A stretch of 64,000 bases of DNA from Pseudomonadota bacterium (GCA_038526515.1 JBCBGS010000001.1:4733-68732), one strand, 5' to 3'; positions 8,808 through 19,867 are shown, counted from the first letter of the stretch. Notes: generated from the sequence alone by a model not told the origin. Numbers and translations are program-made.

Positions 8808-9809
8808 ATGCCATTTGATTCCCCTCGCCACGATTGGACGAAAGACGAAATCCAAACGATCTATGAGCAGTCTCTAGATACTCTGGTGGGGCAAGCGCTG
8901 GAGGTGAAACGCGCGAATTGGCCAGATGGGGCACTCCAGAAATCGCAGCTTCTTTCAATCAAGACTGGCGGCTGCCCTGAGGATTGCGGATATTGCAGTC
9001 AGTCCGCGCATTTCGATACGGATGTCGATGCCGAGAAACTGATGCCTTTGGATGAGGTTGTTGCGGCCGCAAAGCGCGCAAAAGCGGGCGGCGCTGACCG
9101 GTTTTGTATGGGCGCAGGCTGGCGCTCATTGAAAGACCGCGACGTTCCGAAGGTTGCCGCAATGATTTCGGCGGTCAAAGCGGAAGGCCTGGAAACATGT
9201 GTCACGCTTGGCATGCTCGAGGATGGCCAAGCCGAAGCGCTGAAAGCAGCTGGCCTCGACTATTACAATCACAATCTCGATACATCGCCGGAGTATTATA
9301 CGACCGTCGTGACCACGCGCACCTATGATGACCGGCTCGATACGCTCGCAAAGGCGCGTGAGGCGGGCGTAAAGCTTTGCGTCGGCGGGATCCTCGGTAT
9401 GGGCGAAGGGCGCGCGGATCGAATCGGATTGATTCATGAGCTCTCTAAACTGACGCCGCACCCAGAAAGTGTGCCGATCAATATGCTCGTCCCAATCAAA
9501 GGCACACCGCTCGGCGAAAGCCCAGCCGTGAGCGTCACCGAAATGGCGCGCGCGATTGCGACCTGCCGGATCGTATTCCCAAAGAGTTGGGTTCGCCTCT
9601 CAGCCGGGCGCGAAGGCATGAGCGAGGGCGAACAAGCTTTACTTTTGCTGGCTGGCGCCAATTCGATCTTTGTGGGCGACCGTTTGCTGACCACGGATAA
9701 TCCTGGCGAAGATCGCGATCAGTCGTTACTGGACGCAGTAGGGTTTGAAGCTTCTGGACATGACGTTATGGAGCGTAGCCACAAGAAAACTCTGATAGAC
9801 GCGAGATAG
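8808..9809 (+). CDS. bioB: Biotin synthase
   Basis: SIKTGGCPEDCGYCSQS radical-SAM motif, YNHNLDTS, ESVPIN and VRLSAGR. Confidence 0.97.
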   Translation: MPFDSPRHDWTKDEIQTIYEQSLDTLVGQALEVKRANWPDGALQKSQLLSIKTGGCPEDCGYCSQSAHFDTDVDAEKLMPLDEVVAAAKRAKAGGADRFCMGAGWRSLKDRDVPKVAAMISAVKAEGLETCVTLGMLEDGQAEALKAAGLDYYNHNLDTSPEYYTTVVTTRTYDDRLDTLAKAREAGVKLCVGGILGMGEGRADRIGLIHELSKLTPHPESVPINMLVPIKGTPLGESPAVSVTEMARAIATCRIVFPKSWVRLSAGREGMSEGEQALLLLAGANSIFVGDRLLTTDNPGEDRDQSLLDAVGFEASGHDVMERSHKKTLIDAR

Positions 9810-9819
9810 GACGATAAGC

Positions 9820-10470
9820 ATGACGACCGAACTGCAAGCCGTGATTTGGGATTTTGGCGGCGTGTTTACGACATCGCCGTTTGAAGCGTTCACGCGATAC
9901 GAGGAAGCCAACGGACTTCCCAAAGACTTCGTTCGGTCAGTCAACGCGGTGAACATTCAAGAAAATGCTTGGGCCAAGCTCGAGCGCTCAGAAGTGACCG
10001 CGGAAGAGTTCGATACCCTGTTTCGGAATGAAAGCCGCGACCTTGGCCATGAGGTTCCAGGAAAAGATATTCTCGGTCTTCTCTCTGGCGATGTCCGCCC
10101 GGCTGTCGTTGACGCTTTGAAGATCTGTAAGCAGCATGTGAAGGTCGGATGCATCACCAATAACGCTCCGGTCGGCAAGGGCGCGGGCATGAGCTCTGAT
10201 GCTAAGAAAGCGGCGCAAGTATCCGAAATCATGGGACAATTTGATCATTTGATTGAGAGTTCCAAGCTTGGAATTCGCAAACCTGACCCGCGGATCTATG
10301 CCCTTATGTGCGAAGCCTTGGATGTCGATCCGGCGCGATGTGTCTATCTGGATGATTTGGGAATAAACCTCAAACCGGCGCGCGCTATGGGGATGCACAC
10401 GATCAAAGTCTTGAATGAGGCGCAGCTCTTGCAAGATCTTCGAGAGGCTACAAATTTCGAGGGGATATGA
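9820..10470 (+). CDS. HAD-IA family hydrolase (epoxide hydrolase N-terminal phosphatase-like)
   Basis: WDFGGV, ITNN, RKPDPRIY and YLDDLGINLKPA. Confidence 0.9.
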   Translation: MTTELQAVIWDFGGVFTTSPFEAFTRYEEANGLPKDFVRSVNAVNIQENAWAKLERSEVTAEEFDTLFRNESRDLGHEVPGKDILGLLSGDVRPAVVDALKICKQHVKVGCITNNAPVGKGAGMSSDAKKAAQVSEIMGQFDHLIESSKLGIRKPDPRIYALMCEALDVDPARCVYLDDLGINLKPARAMGMHTIKVLNEAQLLQDLREATNFEGI

Positions 10471-11069
10471 GAGCAGTATTCTTAGGACTAGCGACACTCT
10501 TTGCGCTCGCAGCTTGCGGCGATAGCGATGGTACGCCGCGTGTCCGAATGATGGTGAATGCAGCCCCCGCTGTGACCACACCGGTGGAGGTTGAAGAAAC
10601 GATTTCGCCGCTCACCGACTCTGTCGACGCGAAAATTGCGGACATCCGAGCCATCCTTGAGCGTAACTCGCTCTCGCGTCTGGTGCGTTTGGCGAATGCG
10701 GAAGATAATTTTGTCTCCAACTTTGCTGGAGAATCTCACCGCGTGCATTGGGATCTTCTGCGTCGGACGGGGTTTGATCCGCTCATGCGCCTTGAGGCGC
10801 TTTTGGATGGGCCATACGGCACTCGCCAAGTTGGCGATCAGACTTGGTATATCTGGCCGGACTTCGCGGCACGAGACGCAGAAGACTTACTGCCAGAGCG
10901 GCTCGACTTTGCGGACCGAGCACGGCTACGCGACCTGGTGGGTGAAACCGGGCTCGACCGAATCCGATCGGGCGAATCCTATCCTGGAATTCGTACAGCG
11001 ATTGCCGATGATGGACGTTGGCTCTATTTCGTTCATGAGACAGCGCAGGACGCAGAGGCGAGTGAGTGA
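10467..11069 (+). CDS. Hypothetical lipoprotein
   Basis: Lipobox LAAC; overlaps both neighbours (ATGA and TGATG junctions). Confidence 0.75.
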   Translation: MRAVFLGLATLFALAACGDSDGTPRVRMMVNAAPAVTTPVEVEETISPLTDSVDAKIADIRAILERNSLSRLVRLANAEDNFVSNFAGESHRVHWDLLRRTGFDPLMRLEALLDGPYGTRQVGDQTWYIWPDFAARDAEDLLPERLDFADRARLRDLVGETGLDRIRSGESYPGIRTAIADDGRWLYFVHETAQDAEASE

Positions 11070-11362
11070 TGGCAACTAAAATTGGCGCCCAAGAGGCTTT
11101 GACAAAACTCTCTGGTTGGACCGTGAAGGCAGGAGATCGCGACGCGATCGAGAAGAGCTATAAGTTCGCAGATTTCAAAACCGCGTTCGGGTTCATGTCA
11201 TCCTGCGCGTTGAAGGCCGAGCAGATGGATCATCATCCTGAATGGTTCAATGTCTATAATCGTGTCGAGGTCACCCTGACCACGCATGATGCCAATGGGG
11301 TCACAGCGCTCGACGTCGAATTGGCAACGTTCATGGATGATCTGGCCGCTAAGCTCGTTTGA
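11069..11362 (+). CDS. phhB: Pterin-4-alpha-carbinolamine dehydratase
   Basis: [17 protein letters not shown] and [10 protein letters not shown] motifs. Confidence 0.92.
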   Translation: MATKIGAQEALTKLSGWTVKAGDRDAIEKSYKFADFKTAFGFMSSCALKAEQMDHHPEWFNVYNRVEVTLTTHDANGVTALDVELATFMDDLAAKLV

Positions 11363-12133
11363 TCAGGAACAATAACTCGCGCCCAAGATGGGTCCGAGGC
11401 GATTGCCGCGTTTTTCTTGAATGATGATCGCGCAGCCATGCTCTGCCGACGGCGTTTCTATCTCTAGAGACATTGCTTTCCCCGAATAGGTGCCGATTTG
11501 CATGGCGTCCAAGACCACATTTCGGCTGAACAGGTGCACGCCTCGGTTTTCGCCGCGCGACACCGAGGTCGATTGTTCTGGCAGCAGGGTCAGCTGAAAG
11601 ATCTCGGCAGGTCGGTTCAGGGCAATCTCAAACGCGCTGATATCGACCTGTGTTGTCTCTCCCGCGCGGGACACTGACAGAGACGCCATTGCGTGCGACG
11701 TGTTGGAGATAAGCGTTACGATCTCATTCGTGCGATGGCCCACGGTTTCCGAGGCGCCATTGATCACAGCCTGCGGAGTGTATGCGCCGCCCGTGCCTCG
11801 AAGCGCGCGATTATACTGGCGTTGGCGGGCGGTATAGTCTGGATTGGAGAATGGATCTTTCCACGCCCCCGCGCGGCCGTGAACCAAGCGGTCCCAATAA
11901 TCCACGTGCCATTCCAGAACGATCAAATCGTCTTGTTCTGCGAGTTCTGAGAACAGTTTCTCAGCTGGCGGACAGGAGGAACAGCTTTGCGATGTGAAGA
12001 GCTCGGCAACGACCGGGCCGCTCGATGATGTTGTCGCGGGCGGTAGCTTTTGAAGCGTTTGCGCTCCGCCGCCCAGCGACAGAACCGTGAGCGTCGTTAC
12101 GAGCAATGCCAGAGCCAAAAGAGTGATGCGCAT
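11363..12133 (-). CDS. DUF1223 thioredoxin-like secreted protein
   Basis: ELFTSQSCSSCPPA, WHVDYWD, YTPQAVING and RGENRG. ATG 12133 follows a GGAGA RBS; the track start is 12157. Confidence 0.88.
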   Translation of the reverse strand: MRITLLALALLVTTLTVLSLGGGAQTLQKLPPATTSSSGPVVAELFTSQSCSSCPPAEKLFSELAEQDDLIVLEWHVDYWDRLVHGRAGAWKDPFSNPDYTARQRQYNRALRGTGGAYTPQAVINGASETVGHRTNEIVTLISNTSHAMASLSVSRAGETTQVDISAFEIALNRPAEIFQLTLLPEQSTSVSRGENRGVHLFSRNVVLDAMQIGTYSGKAMSLEIETPSAEHGCAIIIQEKRGNRLGPILGASYCS

Positions 12134-12297
12134 GAAGGTCTCCAACCTGAAGTCCACCCTAGTTCGGGCAGGGCGCCAGAATTCTCAAATCGCGTTTTTT
12201 CAACTCGCCGTGAGCGGACGTCGCCGCGTCAGGGCTTGCGCCGGGTTCACCCGCGCGGCTACACCACGCGCAGACAACAGTATTTAGGAGGGCCGCC

Positions 12298-13071
12298 ATG
12301 GGCCGCGTATCAGGCAAGAAAGCAATCATCACAGGCGGAGCACAAGGACTCGGAGAGGCCACGGCTTGGATGCTGGCCCGTGAAGGCGCCAAAGTAACCG
12401 TCACTGATGTGAACGGTGAGGGCGCAGACGCGGTCGCTGCTGCGATTAATGCAGAGCTTGGCGACGGAACCGCCTTTGCCTGGCAACACGATGTGACCGA
12501 TGGTGATCGCTGGAAAGTGGTTGTCCAAGAAGCCCATGACGCTATGGGCGGGCTCAACATCCTCATCAACAATGCCGGGATTGGCTCGCTGGGGAATGTC
12601 GAAGAGGAAGACTATGGCGTGTTCCAACATGTCATGAAGGTCGACGTCGACTCGATATTCTTGGGCTGTAAGTACGCGATCCCGCTGATGCGCGATCACG
12701 GTTTGGGCTCGATCGTGAATATCAGCTCCATCGCCGGGATCGTCGCGAGCGGTAACTATGTGTCTTACAACACAGCGAAAGCTGCGGTTCGTCATATGTC
12801 GAAATCGATTGCGCTTCACTGTGCCAAAACCGGTGGGCAAATTCGCTGTAACTCGGTGCATCCTGTCTTCATCAACACACCAATCCTAGACGGCGTGAAG
12901 CAAATGTTTGGGGAAGAAGAGGGCCTTGCGAAACTCGGCCGCCAAATCCCACTCGGTAAAGTCGGTGAGCCGGACGATATCGCTTATGCGGTCCTGTACC
13001 TCGCCAGTGATGAGAGCAAGCTGGTCACGGGCGCTGAGCTTAAAGTCGATGGTGGCATCAGCGCGATGTAG
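12298..13071 (+). CDS. Short-chain dehydrogenase/reductase
   Basis: TGGAQGLG, NNAG, YNTAK and NSVHP. Confidence 0.93.
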   Translation: MGRVSGKKAIITGGAQGLGEATAWMLAREGAKVTVTDVNGEGADAVAAAINAELGDGTAFAWQHDVTDGDRWKVVVQEAHDAMGGLNILINNAGIGSLGNVEEEDYGVFQHVMKVDVDSIFLGCKYAIPLMRDHGLGSIVNISSIAGIVASGNYVSYNTAKAAVRHMSKSIALHCAKTGGQIRCNSVHPVFINTPILDGVKQMFGEEEGLAKLGRQIPLGKVGEPDDIAYAVLYLASDESKLVTGAELKVDGGISAM

Positions 13072-13127
13072 CGCTTGCCAAGCTTTGATGTTCATGTAAT
13101 GTTCCATTCTCAGACAAGGAGGCTGGA

Positions 13128-13505
13128 ATGATTGGGTATGTAACTTTAGGCACGAATGATTTGCCGGGGAACGCGAAGTTCTACGACGCTATCGCCAAAG
13201 AAATGGGCGTTGGGCGGATGATGGACGAGGACACGTTCATCGCCTGGGGTGAAATGGGCGGCGCTCCTGGTGTTGCCATCACCAAGCCATTTGACGGTCA
13301 GGCGCCTAGCGTCGGCAATGGGACAATGGTTGCCCTGCAAGCCAGCGGACCAGAACAGGTGGATCGCTTGCACGCCATCGCGCTTGAGCAGGGTGGAACT
13401 TGTGAAGGCAAACCTGGTGATCGGGGCGGTGGTTTGTACGCGGCCTATTTCCGCGACCTCGATGGAAACAAGCTGAACGCCTTCTGCATGGTGGCGGCAG
13501 AGTAG
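13128..13505 (+). CDS. VOC/glyoxalase family protein
   Basis: MIGYVTLGTNDL, GNGTMVAL and YAAYFRDLDGNKL. Confidence 0.92.
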   Translation: MIGYVTLGTNDLPGNAKFYDAIAKEMGVGRMMDEDTFIAWGEMGGAPGVAITKPFDGQAPSVGNGTMVALQASGPEQVDRLHAIALEQGGTCEGKPGDRGGGLYAAYFRDLDGNKLNAFCMVAAE

Positions 13506-13509
13506 GGTT

Positions 13510-14739
13510 CTATCCGATTGGGCGCCGGCCAACCACCAAGACCGCGTAGGCGCCCAAAACGGCCATGACCGCAGCAGACATATAAAGCGGCAGGGGCGCA
13601 CCGATCTGGTACAGAGACGCGCCGAGCAGTGGGCCGAAGATAAAGCCCGCAGGCGGCGCCGCGGCCAGCAAAGCAGCCGCGGAGCCTTGCTCATGACGAT
13701 CGACTGAGAGGCTGCCCAAAGCGTTGGCCGCGGGCACCGCGAGCGCTGCGCCAGCGCCGACAATCAAGAATGCCACGCAAACGGCCCAGAATGGTGCCAA
13801 TAGGTTTGCGAGGACATAGCCGACGGCGATCAGAAAGAGCCCTGTCGGCAGCATCCTCCGTGGATCAGGTTTGCGCGGTTGGACATAGCCAAACTGCACG
13901 ATCACCATAGCGACGGCCAAACAGGCAAAAGCGATCCCGGCAAACAGAACTGTACGTTCCTCCCCCAGATCATAACGGTCTTCCAAAAACCATCCGAGGG
14001 TTTGTTGGATCATGCCGACCGCAACAAAGTAAGTGAACAAGAAAAGTAGGTGCGGGAAGACGCGCGGGTCGCGCATCGCGAGTGGGGTGGGCCGCGCTGC
14101 GCTGGTTCGGCTGCTGCGTGATTTTGGAAGCGCGAAGGCAATCAAGATCCCGCACGAAATACAAAGAATGATCGATCCCCACAGCGGAACTAAGGCCCCG
14201 AACGGCGCGAGTACGGTTGCGCCTGCAGGTCCAAGGATCGAACCGATGCTCATCGCTGCGCCAAGCATCCCAAGCCCAGCGGCTCGGTTTGCCGGTGTGG
14301 TGGCATCGGTCATCGCCGCCATGCTCGCGGGCTGCAAGCCGGGGGATAGCAAACCGAACCAAACCCTCACAAAGACCAGTGTGAAAAACATGGTCATGCC
14401 GGTGATCATGCCCGCCAACGCCGCTTCGAGCGCGAACAGGAACGCCATATTGGTGAAGCCCATCGCCATCAGCGAGAAGACCATGACCCGCTTGCGGCCA
14501 AACCGATCGGCCCAACGTCCCCATTGCGGGATCATCAGCGCATAAATTGCGGCGGAGAGCGTTAGAATGCCAGCAACTTGGACTTCCGTAAGGCCAGCTT
14601 TACGTGCGAGCGGTGCCACAACAACGAAATTGATCGTCATGCCCGCGCCCATCGCAACACTGGCCAATCCAATCATACCTTGTTGGAAGGGTGTCAGCGG
14701 CCGCAAGGGCACATCAGGATTTGTGCTTGTGTCAGCCAT
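13510..14739 (-). CDS. MFS transporter
   Basis: About 12 TM segments and motif A GRWADRFGRK. ATG at 14739; the track start is 14745. Confidence 0.92.
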   Translation of the reverse strand: MADTSTNPDVPLRPLTPFQQGMIGLASVAMGAGMTINFVVVAPLARKAGLTEVQVAGILTLSAAIYALMIPQWGRWADRFGRKRVMVFSLMAMGFTNMAFLFALEAALAGMITGMTMFFTLVFVRVWFGLLSPGLQPASMAAMTDATTPANRAAGLGMLGAAMSIGSILGPAGATVLAPFGALVPLWGSIILCISCGILIAFALPKSRSSRTSAARPTPLAMRDPRVFPHLLFLFTYFVAVGMIQQTLGWFLEDRYDLGEERTVLFAGIAFACLAVAMVIVQFGYVQPRKPDPRRMLPTGLFLIAVGYVLANLLAPFWAVCVAFLIVGAGAALAVPAANALGSLSVDRHEQGSAAALLAAAPPAGFIFGPLLGASLYQIGAPLPLYMSAAVMAVLGAYAVLVVGRRPIG

Positions 14740-14812
14740 GCCCAACCTCTCTCAATTTGGGAGAGTTACGAGCTTTGCGTCGTCCGGCAAGCTCGACCTT
14801 GGGGAAAGTTGT

Positions 14813-15337
14813 TCATTCCTCGTTTGAGCGGGCGAGACTTTCGATGGCTTGTTGCTTCACGAAATCGACAGCCGGTGCCATTGCGTCCAGACCGCTCGCC
14901 ATGGTTCCGTTTGTGACATGATCAAATGTAATCTTTGTGCCGCCCGTTTCGGTCGGCGCTAAGGAAATGGTCCAGACCGATGTGACTGCGAGGCCCTGCA
15001 AAGGCCCGAAAGGTGCGGACAAAACCAAAGATGAGTCCGGTTGCGCTTGAAGAACGGTGCCGTGCCAGACCGAACCGCCCTCCCAATCCTCGCGCCAGAG
15101 CCCGCCCGCTTGAGGATCGAGGGACAGATTGCTGGCGTCGCCGGAGTAGGTGTGATCGGACTGCCACCAGTCAGACGGCTCAATTAAACGCGCCCATATT
15201 TCACTTGGAGAACGCTCTGATTCCGCCTCAAGCTTCAGCGTAAAATGATCCGGCGCGGATGTGATGACTTCGGCTGATGCCAGGGCAGGAAGGCCAAATC
15301 CAAACGCGGCTGACAAAAACAGTATACGAGGTTTCAT
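14813..15337 (-). CDS. Secreted SRPBCC-family protein
   Basis: Signal peptide, WWQSDHTYSGDA and APFGPLQG. ATG 15337 follows GGAGG. Confidence 0.75.
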   Translation of the reverse strand: MKPRILFLSAAFGFGLPALASAEVITSAPDHFTLKLEAESERSPSEIWARLIEPSDWWQSDHTYSGDASNLSLDPQAGGLWREDWEGGSVWHGTVLQAQPDSSLVLSAPFGPLQGLAVTSVWTISLAPTETGGTKITFDHVTNGTMASGLDAMAPAVDFVKQQAIESLARSNEE

Positions 15338-15351
15338 TCCAGACCCTCCCA

Positions 15352-16113
15352 TTAGAGCGATAGCGGCAACTCTAAGTGGTTTTCATAAACATAGTCGCGA
15401 TGCGCGAGGATGATTGGATCGAGGGCAGCCTCTGTTGACTCATCCAGCGTGCTGAAGGCGGCGCGCGTGGTCGATTTCATGTCGCACTGCTCCTCCGGCA
15501 ATGGCGAGAGGAGCGCTAGAACGGTCACAAGGTAGATGTCGGCGGCACTAAGGGACTGCGACATTAAATAAGGGCTGCCCATGGCTTTCTGTGCCTTCAG
15601 GCGATCCGTGATTTGACCCAAAAGCTCATGGACGCGGGCGCTCGACGCCGCGCCGGCCTCTGGCGTGTAGCCGTATTTTTGACCGATATATTTTGCGACA
15701 GGCTCCATGAAGCCGCCTTTGCCGGTTAAACCCGCTTCAACCAATTGCAGCCGCCGGGCCCAGCCCAATCCATTCTCTCCGACCAGCTCTTCGCAAAGAC
15801 TGAACATTGCGTCAGCATCGCTGGCGATCAGGCTTGGCTCTGGAGCGATCCGTTCAGCGAATTCCAAGATCTCGCGCCAGCCAGAAAGAGGCGCCTCGTC
15901 ATTATGGATCGCGACCGGGCCGGTTTGCTGTTTGGCCCAGGCGTCGAAGGCTGGATTATCATATTCGAGCCGAACGGCTTTCCACGAGATATTTTTAACG
16001 TGGAAGATGCCCTTGGCGGCTTCGCCCCAGGGGCTGGGCACGTTGCCAACCACAACCATGCGAAGTCCGTCGGAAGCGATGGCTTCATCAGTGCTGATAT
16101 ATTCGAATGGCAA
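15352..16113 (-). CDS. Glutathione S-transferase-like protein
   Basis: PSPWGEAAK N-terminus and C-domain YLMSQSLSAADIY. Confidence 0.75.
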   Translation of the reverse strand: MPFEYISTDEAIASDGLRMVVVGNVPSPWGEAAKGIFHVKNISWKAVRLEYDNPAFDAWAKQQTGPVAIHNDEAPLSGWREILEFAERIAPEPSLIASDADAMFSLCEELVGENGLGWARRLQLVEAGLTGKGGFMEPVAKYIGQKYGYTPEAGAASSARVHELLGQITDRLKAQKAMGSPYLMSQSLSAADIYLVTVLALLSPLPEEQCDMKSTTRAAFSTLDESTEAALDPIILAHRDYVYENHLELPLSL

Positions 16114-16126
16114 AGACTGGTTCCTC

Positions 16127-17668
16127 TTAGACGGGTTTGAAGGTTGGTAGACGGTCTATCCAAGGCTGCGCGGCTTCCAGCTCATAGGCAAGGGACAATA
16201 GAAGTCCATCATCGCCGCGTTTGCCCGAGAACATGGACCCGATCGGCATGCCATCGGCGCTCCACTGAATTGGAACACTCATCGACGCGGCCCCGGACAC
16301 ATTCATCGGCGATGTGAAGGCAGCATAGTTCAAAACATTCGCGCGCACAGTTTGGTAATCCCCATCTGGTGCTTGGCTGCCAATCTTTGGAGGGACGGTC
16401 GATACGGTCGGGGTCAACAGCACGTCGAACTGATCGAACCAGGAATGATAGATTCCCTCAAAGGCTTGGAGATACGCAATCGCGCCTTCCATATCGCCTT
16501 GGCGCCCCAAGAATTCTTGTGCGAGGCCGAGTGTCCACGGTTCCAGAATTTCTGGACTTATGGGTTTGCCTGAGAAAGCGCTGGCTTGTTGCGCGAACGC
16601 GGCAGCGCCCGCGGCCCAGTAGAGAAGAAAGGCGTCGGTGAACTCAGCGCCATCGATCGGGAGCGTGTAATCCACCACTTCATGTCCGAGCTCTCGGCAC
16701 AGCTCTGCCGTGCGCTCAATTCCAGAGCGGGTCTCAGAATCAAGCGTCGCATCCGTGATCGGGTCTGGTGCAAAGCCGATGCGGAGACGCCGGGTTGAGG
16801 CTTCGGTCACGTTTCCAGTGCGCGGTAGATCCGTTTCCAAATCCACTTCGGTCGCCGCAAACAAGGCCGCACTGTCGCGAACGGTTAGCGTGACAGCATG
16901 ATTGACCGAGATGTCGACAGGGCCGGAGTCACGGCTAATCGGCAAGGCGCCGCGGCTCGGCTTTAGCCCAAAAAGGCCGCAACACGCGGCAGGGATCCGA
17001 ATCGAACCACCGCCATCACTCGCATGTGCAAACGGCACAACGCGTGCCGCCACGAGAGCGGCTGCACCGCCTGAAGACCCACCTGGAATCCGGCTGAGGT
17101 CATAAGGGTTGCGCGTCGCGCCCGTCACCAATGGTTCTGTGGATGAGATCAGACCCATTTCCGGCGAGGTCGACTTGCCGAGGCTGACAACCCCCGCTTT
17201 GCGCCAGGCTTTTGCGAATTCGCCATCGCTTTGAGCAATATAGCCTTCAAAGGCGCGAGATCCGTAAAGGGTTTGATCGCCTTCCCAATCGAGCAGATCC
17301 TTGATGAAAGTGGGAACGCCGCCAAAACTCCCCTCGGAAGGGGACGCCGCGGCCTCTAACGCTTTGTCATAAGACTCGGTCGCGACCGCATTGATGAGCG
17401 GATGCGCAGCCTTCGAGCGTGCAATCGCAGCCTCGGTTAGTGTCAGAGAAGTTGCGCTGCCATTGGCGAGCATTTCAAGCTGTTCGACGCCGTCTGGGAT
17501 GGGGCCGGCTGTGTAAGCAGCGGGCTCAGGTTCAATCGGCGGCGTCTCGGCCTCGACAGCATCTGTGTCAGATGCATCAGTGTTTTCGCCCGCGCATGCG
17601 CCTAGCGCGCCGAGCGCTGTAATGGCGGCGCTGGATTGCAATAAGCGGCGTCGATCTAGATGCGTCAT
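16127..17668 (-). CDS. Amidase-signature family enzyme, predicted Tat lipoprotein
   Basis: DRRRLLQ...LGAC signal, GVPTFIKDL, GGSSGGAAA and SDGGGSIRIPA. Confidence 0.93.
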   Translation of the reverse strand: MTHLDRRRLLQSSAAITALGALGACAGENTDASDTDAVEAETPPIEPEPAAYTAGPIPDGVEQLEMLANGSATSLTLTEAAIARSKAAHPLINAVATESYDKALEAAASPSEGSFGGVPTFIKDLLDWEGDQTLYGSRAFEGYIAQSDGEFAKAWRKAGVVSLGKSTSPEMGLISSTEPLVTGATRNPYDLSRIPGGSSGGAAALVAARVVPFAHASDGGGSIRIPAACCGLFGLKPSRGALPISRDSGPVDISVNHAVTLTVRDSAALFAATEVDLETDLPRTGNVTEASTRRLRIGFAPDPITDATLDSETRSGIERTAELCRELGHEVVDYTLPIDGAEFTDAFLLYWAAGAAAFAQQASAFSGKPISPEILEPWTLGLAQEFLGRQGDMEGAIAYLQAFEGIYHSWFDQFDVLLTPTVSTVPPKIGSQAPDGDYQTVRANVLNYAAFTSPMNVSGAASMSVPIQWSADGMPIGSMFSGKRGDDGLLLSLAYELEAAQPWIDRLPTFKPV

Positions 17669-17768
17669 GGGTTCCCTCCGATTTCATTTTTTTAGACCCT
17701 GAACTGGGCTTGCCGCGATTGCAAGGCCGCCCTAGGGGTATCGGTCGGTTTGTTGGGAGGCAGCGGGA

Positions 17769-19157
17769 ATGCTCTCTGTATTGGACTTATTCCGCGTTGG
17801 GCTTGGCCCCTCTTCGTCGCATACGGTTGGGCCGATGCGCATCGCGAAACGCTTCCTGAGAGAAGCCAGAAAGTCCGGCCATCTTGCGACCGCCAATCGG
17901 ATCGAGGTTGAGCTGCAAGGATCGCTCGCGCTGACCGGCATTGGGCACGGTACGGACAAAGCTGTGATTTTGGGCCTGCTTGGGTTTGACCCTGAAACCG
18001 CTGAGCCGGATGAGGCTGAAGCCGCGTTCCACCAAGCGGTAAAAAACAAATCGCTTCGTGTCGCTGGGCAGAGCGATATTCGCTTCAATCCGGTGTCGGA
18101 CATTCTGTATCGCGGTGATGTGGTGCCTGAGCTTCACCCGAATGGTATGGTTTTGCGCTTGTTTGGGGTCGAGAGTTCTGATGAGCCGAGCTTCACCCGC
18201 GTCTATTATTCAACCGGCGGCGGGTTTATCTCGTCGGCACGCCGTCTCGCGCGTCCAACAAAGAATGATGTGATCGAGGATCAAGGCCGATCTCCGTTTT
18301 CATTTGGATCTGCGGCTGAGTTGCTGGAGCTTTGCGAGACCACGCCAATGGCGATTGATGCATTGATCCTTGCGAATGAGGATGAGCGGCGCGCACGCGA
18401 CGAGACCTATGCGCAAATCGATCTTATCACTGACACTATGCTCGCTTGTATCGAACGCGGGTTGCAGACTGAGGGAATTCTGCCTGGCGGTTTGGAGGTC
18501 CAACGCCGTGCGCCGGATCTCTATCGGAAACTAAAAGCGGGCGCCGGGGTGAACGAGCGAGAAGCGCTTTTCGATTGGCTCAATGTCTATGCCATGGCGG
18601 TGAACGAAGAGAATGCCGCGGGCGGACGTGTCGTCACTGCGCCTACAAACGGTGCCGCAGGGATCTTACCCGCCATCTTGCGGCATTATTGCTGCGATGA
18701 TGAGGGCGTGCCGATCCGCAGCAAAGCGCGTCGTTTTCTCTTCGTCTCGGGCGGGATTGGGCTTCTGTATAAGCAACGTGCCTCAATTTCAGGAGCCGAA
18801 ATGGGCTGTCAGGGCGAAGTTGGTGTGGCGTGTTCAATGGCTGCAGGTGGGTTGGCCGCGGTCTGGGGCGCGAGCCCTGCGCAGTGTTTGGCGGCGGCCG
18901 AAATCGGTATGGAACATAATCTCGGCCTCACCTGTGACCCTGTCGGTGGTTTGGTCCAAATCCCTTGTATTGAGCGCAATGCCATTGGAACCGTGAAAGC
19001 GGTGAACGCCGCGCGCCTGGCTCTACACCAATCCGGGGCAGGGAAGGTGAGTTTGGATCAAGTGATCGAGACAATGCGCCAAACCGGCCTCGATATGTCG
19101 TCCAAGTATAAAGAAACCAGCGAGGGTGGGCTCGCGGTCAACGTGGTCGAATGTTAA
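17769..19157 (+). CDS. sdaA: L-serine dehydratase (Fe-S, single chain)
   Basis: [28 protein letters not shown] and [19 protein letters not shown]. Confidence 0.97.
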   Translation: MLSVLDLFRVGLGPSSSHTVGPMRIAKRFLREARKSGHLATANRIEVELQGSLALTGIGHGTDKAVILGLLGFDPETAEPDEAEAAFHQAVKNKSLRVAGQSDIRFNPVSDILYRGDVVPELHPNGMVLRLFGVESSDEPSFTRVYYSTGGGFISSARRLARPTKNDVIEDQGRSPFSFGSAAELLELCETTPMAIDALILANEDERRARDETYAQIDLITDTMLACIERGLQTEGILPGGLEVQRRAPDLYRKLKAGAGVNEREALFDWLNVYAMAVNEENAAGGRVVTAPTNGAAGILPAILRHYCCDDEGVPIRSKARRFLFVSGGIGLLYKQRASISGAEMGCQGEVGVACSMAAGGLAAVWGASPAQCLAAAEIGMEHNLGLTCDPVGGLVQIPCIERNAIGTVKAVNAARLALHQSGAGKVSLDQVIETMRQTGLDMSSKYKETSEGGLAVNVVEC

Positions 19158-19235
19158 ATCGAATTTAGACGCCAGATATTGTCTGAGCGTCTCATCCTCC
19201 GTAAATCGTGCAGCGATTCATAAAAGGAGGTCCAA

Positions 19236-19799
19236 ATGGGTACCTTTACGAAAATCATGGCAGCGGCTGCCATCCTGATGTCAGGGGCAGTTACGGCATG
19301 TTCGACCACGGCGACGTCGCCAGCCTCGCGTGCCGATCTCTCGACAGATAGCTCACAAGCGCTGAACAAGCTGATTCGCGAAAATCCGGCAGCCGCTGCG
19401 ATTTCGCGCCAATCGCGCGCGGTTCTCGTGTTCCCATCCATCGTAAAAGCTGGCCTCGTCTTTGGCGGGGCATATGGTGAGGGTGAGCTGCGACGCGGCG
19501 GCCAGACCGTTGATTATTACACCTCCTTCACCGGGTCTTGGGGACTGCAAGCCGGCGCTCAGTCTTACGGCTATGCCGTGTTTCTGATGAACGACGACGC
19601 GATCAGCTACCTCGAGCGCTCCGACGGCTGGGAGATTGGCGTGGGTCCAACCGTGGTTGTTGTGAATCAAGGCGTTGCAGAGAACCTGTCCTCGTCAACG
19701 CTTCAGGACGATGCCTATGCCTTCATCTTTGATCAAAAAGGCCTAATGGCCGGGGTCAGCATTGAAGGGACAAAGGTGACGCGGGTCGAAACCCGCTAG
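19236..19799 (+). CDS. Ysc84/SYLF-domain lipoprotein
   Basis: Lipobox VTAC, KAGLVFGGAYGEG and GLMAGVSIEGTK. Confidence 0.88.
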   Translation: MGTFTKIMAAAAILMSGAVTACSTTATSPASRADLSTDSSQALNKLIRENPAAAAISRQSRAVLVFPSIVKAGLVFGGAYGEGELRRGGQTVDYYTSFTGSWGLQAGAQSYGYAVFLMNDDAISYLERSDGWEIGVGPTVVVVNQGVAENLSSSTLQDDAYAFIFDQKGLMAGVSIEGTKVTRVETR

Positions 19800-19867
19800 G
19801 CTTGCCCTTCGGTCATGCCGCACGGTGACGGATTGGTGCGGCGCGATCGGCATGGCACACTCTGACC

